Source: Eledone cirrhosa (lineage: Eukaryota). From it: DNA of 64,000 bases. Position 1 is the stretch's first letter, and every line of letters begins with the position of its first letter. This document shows positions 13,656-29,687 of this stretch, piece by piece. The stretch lies in assembly GCA_964016885.1 (NCBI GenBank), contig OZ024740.1, positions 144,026,001 to 144,090,000 of the forward strand, given 5' to 3'. The translations under genes and the position numbers were made by a program. Below the pieces are notes generated by a model that was not told where the DNA came from, did not search any database, and saw only the letters and a program-made list of their open reading frames with translations.

Positions 13656-16630
13656 ATGCCAAAGATAAAGACAAATTCACCTCTTGGACGAGAATGCGAG
13701 CACTCCTCATTGTTTCGACCGCGGACGGCTAACATAACCCCATCGCCCCCCGCCCCCAACCCCCAAACGCAATCCAAAACTTCAGTTGGTACCATAAATG
13801 TAGGCACCCTAAAGGGTCGCGCTAACGAGGTTGTAGAAATGCTTGAACGTAAGGAGGTCGATGTTTGTTGTATTCAAGAGACCAGGTGGAGGGGTGGGTC
13901 TGCTAGATTCATTGAGGGTAAAAAACGATGTTATAAGCTTTTCTGGGTGGGAAACGACGATGGGCTGGGTGGAGTAGGAATCATGGTAGCAGAAAAGTGG
14001 GCAGATAAGATAATAGACGTAAATAGAGTGAACGACAGAATAATTAAAATACGACTTGTCCTCAATAGAACTACGGTGACACTAATATCTGCGTACGCAC
14101 CCCAATCCGGACTGCCCGGCACTATAAAAGACAGATTCTATGAGACACTGATGCTAACTACCTCCCAAATATCCGACAGTGACTATATAATTATTGCAGG
14201 CGACCTAAATGGTCACGTTGGACAACATTGTGATGGCTACGACGAAATCCATGGAGGCTATGGGTTTGGTACTAGAAATGAGGAAGGCTCCAGAATCCTG
14301 GAATTCTGTGATGCAAATAACCTAACTATCTGTAACACTAACTTCAAAAAACGTGACAATCACCTGATCACCTATAGATCCGGGGAACACACAAGCCAGG
14401 TAGATTATATCCTTACCAGAAGACGTGACAGAGTGTCTGTTGTAAACACTAAATCCCTCCCCCATGAAGAATGCACCTCCCAACATAGACTGATAATTAG
14501 CGACCTCATAGTCAGGACGAGACGTACTCGACAGCAGAAGAGGACTATCCTCAGGAGAAAAATATGGAAGCTAAAGGACCCCACAGCCAGGAATAAATTT
14601 CAAAGCATATTACTTGATGCTTTCGACAGTAAGGAAGAACATTTAGAGTCGGACAATATAGAGGGAGAGTGGGAATTTCTGAAAGCAAACCTGCTGTTGG
14701 CGACAGACGAAGTCTGTGGCTGGAGCAGGCCTGTAGGCAGGAGGAGAGTAACATGGTGGTGGAACAGTAAGGTGGAGGGGTCAATTAAGGCCAAAAAGCA
14801 GGCTTGGAAAGTATGGCGGGATGGGGGAAGTAGAGAAGACTATCAAGTGGCCAGGAGGGAAGCTAGGAGACAAGTGTACTTAGCAAGAAGGGAAGCTGAG
14901 GAAAGAAAATTCAAGCATGTTCTACAACGCGATGACCAAAAACGTGAGGTGTTCAGGATTTCTAGGCAATGCATCAAGGAAAACCGTGATATTGTCGGGG
15001 AGAAGTGTGTACTAAACGATGATGGCACACTTGCCATCACCGACGCTGATAAGAAGGTAGCTTGGAAGTGTCACTATGAAAGGCTACTAAATGAGGAGAA
15101 TAAATGGGAGAAAGACAGTCTCCCCCATATCGACCCAATAGAGGGACCAGCAGTGTTAGTCGAGGGGAGTATAATAAGTAAGGCAATCTAGGATATGAAG
15201 ACGGGTAAGGCGGCTGGGCCTTCGGAAATAGTTGCTGAGATGCTGAAGGCATCTGGCACGGTGGGACACACCATGGTCACTCGCATAGTTAACCAAGTCG
15301 TACAGAATGGGGTTGTTCCGAAGGACTGGCATAGCAGCATCATCGTTAACTGTTATAAGGGTAAAGGAGACGCCCTAGATAGGAGTAACTATAGAGGCAT
15401 TAAATTAATCGACCAGGTCATGAAGGTCACGGAAAAAGTAATAGCACAACTAATCAGAGAGAGAATTGACCTAGATGAAATGCAGTTCGGGTTTGTGTCA
15501 GGCAAAAGTACCACAGACGCTCTTTTCATAGTACGACAACTACAGGAGAAGTACCTAGCTAAAGGTAAACCCCTCTACTTAGCTTTTGTCGACTTGGAGA
15601 AAGCCTTCGACAGAGTCCCCCGCTCCATTATCTGGTGGGCTCTTAGAAAACTAGGCGTTGACGAATGGCTTGTGAGAGCTATACAAGCCATGTATAAAGA
15701 AACAGTCAGCAAGGTTAGAATTAACAACGAATATAGTGAAGAGTTTAGCGTAAAAGTTGGCGTCCATCAGGGCTCTGTTCTCAGCCCCCTACTATTTATT
15801 ATTGCCCTTCAGGCTATAACAGAGGAGTTCAAGACCGGCTGCCCATGGGAACTCCTATACGCAGACGACCTGACACTCATAGCGGAATCAATGGCCAAGC
15901 TAGAGAAGAAATTCCAAACATGGAAGCACGGCCTAGAATCAAAAGGCCTTAAAATTAACATGGCTAAGACTAAAGTTCTATTTTGTAGGAAAGAAAATAA
16001 GGCGGCGGTCCCTTCTGGGAAATGGTCGTGCTCGGTGTGTAGGAAAGGCGTAGGTAGAAACTCCATTTTGTGTCCAGGTAGAAACTCCATTTTGTGTTCA
16101 GAGAGCTTCTACCACTATTAGCCGCTAGAGGGTTCTCCCTAAAAATGAAAGGCAGGTTATACGATGCCTGCATACGAACAGCAATGCTGCATGGCAGTGA
16201 GACCTGGGCATTGTGTGCAGAGGATATACGCAGACTAGAGAGGAACGAAGCTTGCATGCTCCGCTGGATGTGCAATAGTAATATACGTGAACGGCAAAGC
16301 ATAAACGAACTAAGGAAAAAATTAGAAATAAGAGGGATCAGATGTTGTTTACTCGAGAGAAGGCTACGTTGGTACGGTCACGTGATGCGCATGAAAGACG
16401 ACAGCTGTATAACAAAGTGCAGGGCAATAAAGATAGACGGTAGCCACGGAGTGGGCAGACCCAGAAAAAACATGGCACGAGCTGATAAATTCCGACCTCA
16501 CACGCTTACACCTCTCCAAGACAATGTCACTGGACCGAGACCTTTGGCGGTACTCAGTAACAGAGAAGACCCGCCTTACCTAAATACATAGTAAAACCTA
16601 CTACAGCCAGTAGGCATCTCTAACAAAATA
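13656..16630 (+). mobile_element. RTE family A, near full-length APE-RT ORF with one stop, an internal deletion and a cut 3' UTR
   Basis: ATG at 13656; GTINVGTL, CIQETRW, AYAPQ, GDLNGH and YADD; TAG at 15189-15191; duplication/deletion at ~16076-16097. Confidence 0.93.
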
Positions 16631-17347
16631 TTTTTAAACTGAGCATGTGGTCACTTTTTTTTTTACACATTATAGATATGTGTCTCATTCATGAATACTG
16701 ATATCTACATTATAATACCTAATTCATAAAAATTGATAATTCAAATGGATGAGACATAATATATTTTTAATATATTTTAAATATATCATCTTTCTTTCTT
16801 TTTCTCCTATACACTAATCTAACTGTATCCCTTCCCTTAACCTCTCACATATACGATGATCATCTGTCAAAAAACAGCCTACTATGTTTTTTTTTTTTTT
16901 TTTTTCACCATCAATGTATTTCTCTCTATCTCGCTCCGTTGTTTTTCTTTACATACATCTCTTTTCTCTTTGCATACATCTCTTCATCTTCTTCTTTTTT
17001 ATTTACATACATCTCTTCACCTTCTTCTTCTCATCTTCGTTTTCTTTCTATATAACTATCATAACAGTTTCACTACCAAATCAACTTTTTAAAAGGAAGT
17101 TGCATTATTACAAGGTATGTCACTAATTATTTATAAAACAGCTTATGTATTGTATTTTGTCTGAGGAAGGCATAACATATTTTTAATATGATATCCCAGA
17201 AATATATATAACAAAATAAATATGGTTTTATAAATATAGTTTCCATTTGTTTAATATCGTAAACCTACTCCAGAAACTGTCGAGTGCTTTTATATCAGTT
17301 ATAAAATATTTACTCGTTGTAACCCAACAATCTTAAATAAAACTTTT
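16631..17347 (+). mobile_element. PLE-LTR-like AT-rich element carrying a hammerhead ribozyme
   Basis: Interrupts the RTE-A 3' UTR, contains an HHR and ends at a TA tract; related to 37486-37560 on the minus strand. Confidence 0.55.
17129..17235 (+). ncRNA. Type I hammerhead ribozyme, intact core
   Basis: tattttgt-CTGAGGA-stem II-GAAA-tatatATA-acaaaata; outer atttataaaac/gttttataaat pairing. Confidence 0.75.
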
Positions 17348-17376
17348 GTATATATATACACATATATATATATATA

Positions 17377-18552
17377 TAGGTAGAAATTCCATTTTATGTC
17401 CTAAATGCAAAGTATGGGTGCATAAAAGATGTAGTGGGATCACAGGTAAGCTAACTAAGAACATAGATTTTACATGTGGCCGGTGTTCTGGTGCAATAAG
17501 TAGCAGCAAGTGCCCACAAAATACTAGCTCTTTCAATTGCGCAGAGGGTTCTATAGAAATAGTGGACAGCTTCCGTTACCTGGGCGATAAAATCAGCAGT
17601 GGGGGAGGGTGCTCTGAAAGTACAGTAGCTAGAGTCAGAACTGGTTGGAAAAAGTTCAGAGAGCTTATACCACTATTAGCTGCTAAAGGGTTCTCCCTAA
17701 AAATGAAAGGCAGGTTGTACGATGCCTGCATACGAACAGCAATGTTGCATGGCAGTGAGACCTGGGCATTGTGTGCAGAGGATATACGCAGACTAGAGAG
17801 GAACGAAGCTTGCATGCTCCGCTGGATGTGTAACAGTAATATACGTGAACGGCAAAGCATAAACGAACTAAGGAAAAAATTAGAGATAAGAGGGATCAGA
17901 TGTTGTTTACTCGAGAGAAGGCTACGTTGGTATGGACACATGATGCGCATGAAAGTCGATAGCTGTATAACAAAGTGCAGGGCAATAAAGATAGACGGTA
18001 GCCACGGAATAGGCAGACCTAGAAAAACCTGGGACGAGCTGATAAACTCCGACCTCACACACTTACACCTCTCCAAGACAATGTCACTGGACCGAGACCT
18101 TTGGCGGTACTCAGTAACAGAGAAGACCCGCCTTACCACCGAGACCTTTGGCGGTACTCAGTAACAGAGAAGACCCGCCTTACCTAAATATATAGTAAAA
18201 CCTACTCCAGCCAGTAGGCATCTCTAACAAAATACACCCCGTCCCACCACCCCGTTCTATGTAAAGTTATGTTGGTGCCGCGCCATCCAGGCCGAAACAA
18301 ATGAGATCGCGTAGGTGTCACGACAAAAAACACACAGTCCACGCTGTAATGTGGCCGTGTAGGCAACACGGTAAAAACCTCCCAGACCCACACTGTAAAT
18401 GTGGTTGGTGTTAGGAAGGGCATCCAACTGTAGAAAACCTGCCAGACAGTCCTATGCGAGCAAGACAATCACTCTTGCCTCAAGTGGGACTACCCCCGTC
18501 CAAACCCATGCAAGCGTGGAACACGGACGTTAAACGTTGATGATGATGATGA
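17377..18552 (+). mobile_element. RTE family A 3' fragment starting inside the PHD finger
   Basis: [10 protein letters not shown]...KTRLT; ~46-bp tandem duplication at the ORF end; (GAT)n tail. Confidence 0.92.
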
Positions 18553-18557
18553 TATAC

Positions 18558-18612
<55 letters not shown>

Positions 18613-18627
18613 CATATGTATATATAC

Positions 18628-18658
<31 letters not shown>

Positions 18659-18661
18659 CAT

Positions 18662-19459
18662 ATCATCATCATCATCATCAACGTTTAACGTCCGTGTTCC
18701 ACGCTTGCATGGGTTTGGACGGGGGTAGTCCCACTTGAGGCAAGAGTGATTGTCTTGCTCGCATAGGACTGTCTGGCAGGTTTTCTACAGTTGGATGCCC
18801 TTCCTAACACCAACCACATTTACAGTGTGGGTCTGGGAGGTTTTTACCGTGTTGCCTACACGGCCACATTACAGCGTGGACTGTGTGTTTTTTGTCGTGA
18901 CACCTACACGATCTCATTTGTTTCGGCCTGGATGGCGCGGCACCAACATAACTTTACATAGAACGGGGTGGTGTGGATGGGGTGGTGGTGGTGGGACGGG
19001 GTGTATTTTGTTAGAGATGCCTACTGGCTGGAGTAGGTTTTACTATATATTTAGGTAAGGCGGGTCTTCTCTGTAACTGAGTACCGCCAAAGGTCTCGGT
19101 CCAGTGACATTGTCTTGGAGAGGTGTAAGTGTGTGAGGTCGGAGTTTATCAGCTCGTCCCAGGTTTTTCTAGGTCTGCCTATTCCGTGACTACCGTCTAT
19201 CTTTATTGCCCTGCACTTTGTTATACAGCTATCGACTTTCATGCGCATCACGTGTCCATACCAACGTAGCCTTCTCTCGAGTAAACAACATCTGATCCCT
19301 CTTATCTCTAATTTTTTCCTTAGGTCGTTTATGCTTTGCCGTTCACGTATATTACTGTTACACATCCAGCGGAGCATGCAAGCTTCGTTCCTCTCTAGTC
19401 TGCGTATATCCTCTGCACACAATGCCCAGGTCTCACTGCCATGCAGCATTGCTGTTCGT
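18662..19459 (-). mobile_element. RTE family A 3' fragment, tail-to-tail with the previous copy
   Basis: MLHGSETW...KTRLT plus 3' UTR and tail. Confidence 0.92.
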
Positions 19460-19661
19460 ATATATACATAGATATATATATATACATATATGTATATATA
19501 TATGTATATATGTATATATATGTATATGTATATATATGTATATATGTATATATATGTATATATATGTATATGTGTATATATGTATATATCTGTATATATG
19601 TGTATATATGTATATATATATGTATATATATGTATATCTGTATATATCTGTATATATATAT

Positions 19662-20225
19662 ATCATCATCATCATCAACGTTTAACGTCCGTGTTCCACG
19701 CTTGCATGGGTTTGGACGGGGGTAGTCCCACTTGAGGCAAGAGTGATTGTCTTGCTCGCATAGGACTGTCTGGCAGGTTTTCTACAGTTGGATGCCCTTC
19801 CTAACACCAACCACATTTACAGTGTGGGTCTGGGAGGTTTTTACCGTGTTGCCTACACGGTCACATTACAGCGTGGACTGTGTGTTTTTTTTGTCGTGAC
19901 ACCTACACGATCTCATTTGTTTCGGCCTGGATGGCGCGGCACCAACATAACTTTACATAGAACGGGGTGGTGTGGATGGGGTGGGGGTGGTGGCGGGACG
20001 GGGTGTAGTTTGTTAGAGATGCCTACTGGCAAGGCGGGTCTTCTCTGTTACTGAGTACCGCCAAAGGTCACGGTCCAGTGACATTGTCTTGGAGAGGTGT
20101 AAGTGTGTGAGGTCGGAGTTTATCAGCTCATCCCATGTTTTTCTAGGTCTGCCTATTCCGTGGCTACCGTCTATCTTTATTGCCCTGCACTTTGTAATAC
20201 AGCTATCGACTTTCATGCGCATCAC
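19662..20225 (-). mobile_element. RTE family A 3' fragment (KTRLASRHL deletion variant)
   Basis: 3' UTR and tail; shares its deletion with 26097-27321. Confidence 0.9.
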
Positions 20226-20281
<56 letters not shown>

Positions 20282-20282
20282 G

Positions 20283-20373
<91 letters not shown>

Positions 20374-20540
20374 GTATATATGTATATGTATATGTATATA
20401 TATGTATATATATATGTATATATATGTATATATATATATATATGTATATGTATATATTTGTATATATATGTATATATATATATATATGTATGTATATGTT
20501 TATATATGTATATGTATATATATGTATATGTATATATATG

Positions 20541-20587
<47 letters not shown>

Positions 20588-20588
20588 G

Positions 20589-20620
<32 letters not shown>

Positions 20621-20621
20621 T
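20226..20621. repeat. (TA)n microsatellite with G (TATG) variants
   Basis: Direct reading; polarity opposite to the long tracts before 18.7 kb. Confidence 0.95.
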
Positions 20622-21862
20622 ATGACCTCGCACTCATAGCTGAATCTATGGTAGAACTAGAGAATAAATTCCAAACCTGGAAGCAGGGACTAGAGAGAAA
20701 GGGCCTCAAAGTCAACATGACAAAGACTAAGGTCCTTATAAGTAGACGAGAAAACAGAACCCAGATCCCCTCAGGGAAATGGCCTTGCTCAGTATGTAGG
20801 AAAGGTGTAGGTAGGAACTCCATTCTTTGCCCCAAATGCAAACAATGGGTACACAAGAGATGTAGCGGGATCTCAGGAAGCTTAATTAAGAATGTAGGAT
20901 TCACATGCAGCAGCTGTGCTGAAACAGCAAGCAAACAGCCACAGGAAACAAGTACCACCAATCTCTGGGAGGGCCCTGTAGAAACAGTAGACAGCTTCTG
21001 CTACCTAGGTGACCGAATTAGCAACGGAGGTGGGTGCTCAGAAAGTACAATAACTAGGGTAAGAACGGGATGGAAGAAGTTTAGGGAACTACTACCACTG
21101 CTAGCTGCAAAAGGCTTCTCCCTCAGAATGAAAGGCAGACTGTATGATGCGTGTATCCGAACAGCGATGTTGCATGGTAGTGAGACCTGGGCGCTGAAGG
21201 TGGAAGACTTACGTAGATTAGAGAGAAACGAAGCCTGCATGCTCCGATGGATGTGTAACAGTAATATACGTGAACGACAAAGCATAAATGAATTGAGAGA
21301 GAGACTGAGCATAAGAGGAATCAAATGCTGCGTGCAGGAGAGGCGGTTACGCTGGTATGGACATGTGATGCGTATGAAGGATGACAGCTGCATAAAAAGG
21401 TGCAGAGCACTAGAAGTTGATGGAAACCACGGAGTGGGGAGACCCAAGATGACTTGGGATGAGGTGATAAAAGCCGACCTTACCCAACTACACCTCTCAA
21501 AGTCAATGACACACGACCGTGACTTCTGGCGTCACGCAGTAATACAGGGTACCCGACCTCCCATGGGTACATGCTGAAGCATATAAACAATATCCCCCCC
21601 CCACCGCAAGGTGGTCGTGGAGGTGCCACGGCAAAAAAGCACCCAGCCCACACTGTAAAGTGGACGTGTAGGCGCCACGAAAAAGCACCCAGCACTCACT
21701 GTAAATGAGGTTGGTGTTAGGAAGGGCATCCAGCTGTAGAAATCAAGCCAGATCAGTTCCTGTATGAGCAAGGCATGGCAGCCGACCAGACACTGCCCAC
21801 AACAGGACAACCCGTCTAACCCATGCTAGCGTGGAAGAACGGACGTAAAACGGTGATGATGA
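20622..21862 (+). mobile_element. RTE family B 3' fragment starting at the YADD region
   Basis: Nearly identical to the reverse complement of 8493-9740. Confidence 0.92.
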
Positions 21863-21996
21863 TATATGTATATATGTATATATATATGTATGTATATATA
21901 TATGTATGTATATATATATATATGTATGTATATATATATGTATGTATATATATATGTATATATATGTATGTATGTATATATATATATATATGTATG

Positions 21997-22029
<33 letters not shown>

Positions 22030-22044
22030 GTATATATATATGTG

Positions 22045-22075
<31 letters not shown>

Positions 22076-22111
22076 GTATATATATATATATGTATATATG
22101 TATATATATAT

Positions 22112-25100
22112 ATTCTCTTTTACCTGTTTCAGCCATCCGGCTGAGGCCATGCTGGGGCACCGCCCTTGTTGCTACACATTTTATCTCCAGCCTGTATAGG
22201 TTGGCCACTGGTGTAGGAGGGAGTTTGTTGCTGCTGCCCTTAAGTTTCCCTCATGTCTTGCTGTGGGCTCATCCGGGTTCCTGGATAACAAGGTGTCGAG
22301 ATGCTTCTTAAAGACATCCACCTCCACGTCATGCAAGTCTCTCAGATGCCTCGGCAGCCTGTTGAAGAGTTGAGGGCCCTTGAATCCCAGGCTATTGCAA
22401 TACCTGCTCTTTATTCTAGATGTGGAAGTCGGGACCTTTGGCACCACACAGTGACGTCCTGTTCGACGGTTGGTCCAGCTCCCAATGCCAAAGTTTGGTG
22501 CTAGTCCCTCCAGGATTTTCCACATGTAGATCAATGCGTATCTCTCCCATCTTCACTCCAAGGAGTAGAGGTTCAGTTCCTTCAGCCTCTCCCAGTAGCT
22601 TGTCTCCCTCATCTTGGCAATCCTCTTGGTGTAGCTTCGCTGGATTGCCTCAAGCTCCGTGGTTAGTTTGACACTATGGGGTGACCACAGGTGGGAGCAG
22701 TAGTCCAGGCGGCTTAGGACAAAAGTCCTCCACAGTGTCAACATGGTGTCTCGATCTCTTGTAAGGAAAGTCCTCAAGATCCAGCCAGCGAATCGTCTAC
22801 ATGTTGTCGTCACCTTCATGATGTGTGAAGAAAAAGATGCATCATTGCTCATGTCTATGCCCAGGTCTCGTATCGATTTTGACATGGGGATATCAGTCCC
22901 TCCTGGTCCTGTGTAGCTGTGTTCCACTATATTTGTGTTTGCAGGTTTGTATTGTAGGGCTTGGAATTTGCCAGCATTAAACTGCATGTTGTTTTCTTCC
23001 GCCCATCTGTATATGGCATCCAGATCCTGCTGTAAAAGGGCAGCGTCAGCCGGGTTTTTGATTGCCTGTGCTACCTTAGTGTCATCAGCATAGCTAGTGA
23101 GGGATGTTGTTGCATGCACCACAGAAGGCATGTCCGAGAGAGCCACCAAAAACAGTAGTGGTCCCAGGACTGTCCCCTGGGGCACCCCACTTGTTATTGG
23201 TGTTTCCTTTGAGAGGGCCCCATTTGCTGCGACTGCCTGGCTTCTGTCCCTTAGGAAGCCATGCAGCCACTCACCTACTTTTCCAGTTATGCCGAGTCCG
23301 TGTAGTTTGTGACATATCATTCCGTGGTCGACCTTGTCAAAGGCCTTCGCAAAGTCTAGATATATCACGTCCACATGTGAACTGTCTAGTAGTTGTCTCA
23401 GTACCCAGTCATAGTGATGTAGCAGCTGTGTAAGGCAGCTTCTTCCTGGGCGGAAGCCATGTTGCGTGCTAGTCAGGCGATCATTTTCTTCGAGGAAAGT
23501 GATTAGTTTCTTTCTGACGACTCGCTCCATGACCTTACTGATATGCGACGTCAGGGAGACTGGCCTATAGTTCTTGGCCTCCGCTCTACTACCTCCTTTA
23601 TGGATAGGGCATATTGTGCCTTCTTTCAGCTCCCTGGGTAGTACACCGCTAGCCAAGGAGCTTCTGAAGAGCATCTTCAGTGGAGTTGCTAAGGCCAGCT
23701 TACATATTTTTAGGAGAACTGCTGGGAGTCCATCAGGTCCAGCAGCCGAGTCTGTTCTAATTTCATCAATGGCGTACACCACATCCTCCTCCGTTATGTC
23801 TATGTGGTTGATGGTTGCCATTTTTTGATGTAGTGTTGTGGCATCAAAGAACTCCTCTGGCTTCGTTATTTGCATGTGCCTCAGTGGACATGTGAAGACA
23901 CTTTTGTACTGTTCGTTCAGTATTTCACATATCTCTTGGGGATTTTCGGTTAATGAACCGTCCGTGTGGAAGAGTGGTCCAATCTTGCAGTGTACTGAGG
24001 CAGTTTCTTTTGCAAATTTAAAGAAGGCCTTAGGGTTTGTTTTAATGTTTTCTATGGCCCTGTTCTCTTTCTTTGCCCTCTCATTCTCATGTGAAAGTTT
24101 GAGTGCAATCTCGGTGTCAAGTAGTGCACGTTTCAAATGGGATTCCTTCTTGTTTTTGTTTTGTTGACTATTCAACTGGTTTGAGAGTTTAGTTCTACGT
24201 CTCATAAGGATTTTCCTATCTCTGGGAATAAGATTTTTGTGTCTGTTTGCCTCTTTCTCCGGAACACACTTTTTGCATATGGTGTGTATCGTTGTCATGA
24301 AGTGTTGAAATTGTGTGTTAGTGTCTTGTGTGGCAGTGCTTTCACTCCATGTTTGCTTCCGGATTTCACTCTTAATCTTTTTCCAGTTAGCCTTGTAGAA
24401 GTTAAGGTTGGATAGCGTCCCGGAGCTTCTTGGTGGTTTTGTCTCTGTTGGTTCTCTTGGACCACATATCATTAGCTCTACTAAGTTATGATCCGAGAGA
24501 ATTGTTGGTGTCACCTTTACATTGTGGATGAGCACTTCGTTGTTTGTAAAACAGAGGTCCAGCAGGACATTTTCGCCTCTTGTTGGGAGGAGTATTGCTT
24601 GCTCCATGAACAGCCTGTGTGTGAGGGCCAGCAGGGATTCCGTCTGTCTCTGTTCTATTGACGTCATTCCAGGGAGGAGGTGGCCCTCAGGCCATTTGAC
24701 CTTTGGTAGGTTGAAGTCTCCCAGCAGTAGGATGTCGAGACCCTGGTCCAGTTTGTCAAGGACCTCTTCTATCCTACTTAGGCTATGATCAAATTTACCC
24801 TCATGACTGGGGGCATCAGGTGGCCGATATGTGACACATATTACCGTCTGTAGTTGCTTCATATGTATTATCAGTGTGTCACAGACTGAGTTTGAATGTG
24901 TCAACAGTACAATTGGTGTAACATCTTCACGGATATGCAGAGCAACCCCACCATGAGTTCTCTCCTTCCAGTCCGAACGAAATACAGTATATTTCGGTAT
25001 ATGTATTTCTGCATCTGCTATACTGCTTGTCAGGTGCGTTTCGGTTAGTGCCATGCATAGTGCTTGATTGCTTATGGCTAAGTCTCCCAGGTAGGAAATT

Positions 25101-25186
25101 TTACTCATGTTGCTGAGTTTCACCAGGCCCCTGACATTCAGCAGCAGCACTGGTGTGACTTTTGGGGTGACAGTAATGCCAGTAAT
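22112..25186 (-). mobile_element. CR1-type LINE ORF2 (APE-RT), one in-frame TGA
   Basis: LLNVRGL, LTETHL, YRPP, GDFN, SDH; [23 protein letters not shown]; LYSLE*RWERY and C-terminal NSL; flanked by TA tracts. Confidence 0.88.
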
Positions 25187-26096
<910 letters not shown>

Positions 26097-27317
26097 GAGA
26101 ATTAACCTGGCTAAGACCAAAGTTCTAGTTTGTAGGAAAGAAAACAAGGCGGCGGTCCCTTCTGGGAAATGGCCGTGCTCGGTGTGTAGGAAAGGCGTAG
26201 GTAGAAACTCCATTTTATGTCCTAAATGCAAAGTATGGGTGCATAAAAGATGTAGTGGGATCACAGGTAAGCTAACTAAGAACATTGATTTTACATGTGG
26301 CCGGTGTTCTGGTGCAATAAGTAGCAGCAAGTGCCCAAAAAATACTAGCTCCTTCAACTGCGCAGAGGGTTCTATAGAAATAGTGGACAGCTTCCGTTAC
26401 CTGGGCGATAAAATCAGTAGTGGGGGAGGGTGCTCTGAAAGTACTGTAGCTAGAGTCAGAACTGGTTGGAAAAAGTTCAGAGAGCTTATACCACTATTAG
26501 CTGCTAAAGGGTTCTCCCTAAAAATGAAAGGCAGGTTGTACGATGCCTGCATACGAACAGCAATGTTGCATGGCAGTGAGACCTGGGCATTGTGTGCAGA
26601 GGATATACGCAGACTAGAGAGGAACGAAGCTTGCATGCTCCGCTGGATGTGTAACAGTAATATACGTGAACGGCAAAGCATAAACGAACTAAGGAAAAAA
26701 TTAGAGATAAGAGGGATCAGATGTTGTTTACTCGAGAGAAGGCTACGTTGGTATGGACACGTGATGCGCATGAAAGTCGATAGCTGTATAACAAAGTGCA
26801 GGGCAATAAAGATAGACGGTAGCCACGGAATAGGCAGACCTAGACAAACCTGGGACGAGCTGATAAACTCCGACCTCACACACTTACACCTCTCCAAGAC
26901 AATATCACTGGACCGAGACCTTTGGCGGTACTCAGTAACAGAGAAGACACGCCTTGCCAGTAGGCATCTCTAACAAAATACACCCCGTCCCGCCACCACC
27001 CCCACCCCATCCAAACCACCCCGTTCTATGTAAAGTTATGTTGGTGCCGCTCCATCCAGGCCGAAACAAATGAGATCGTGTAGGTGTCACGACAAAAAAA
27101 ACACACAGTCCACGCTGTAATGTGGCCGTGTAGGAAACACGGTAAAAACCTCCCAGACCCACACTGTAAATGTGGTTGGTGTTAGGAAGGGCATCCAACT
27201 GTAGAAAACCTGCCAGACAGTCCTATGCGAGCAAGACAATCACTCTTGCCTCAAGTGGGACTACCCCCGTCCAAACCCATGCAAGCGTGGAACACTGACG
27301 TTAAACGTTGATGATGA

Positions 27318-27321
<4 letters not shown>
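26097..27321 (+). mobile_element. RTE family A 3' fragment with complete PHD finger
   Basis: [23 protein letters not shown], 3' UTR and tail. Confidence 0.92.

Positions 27322-29687
<2,366 letters not shown>

Noticed and set aside
13685-13740. HDV-like ribozyme near the RTE 5' end (CTCCTCA..GGCTAA)
   Set aside because: Convincing P1/P2 pairings could not be built, and it lies downstream of the ATG.
22553-22555. In-frame TGA as selenocysteine or readthrough
   Set aside because: It occupies an Arg position of the LERRRERY-type motif, so a CGA>TGA mutation is the simpler explanation.
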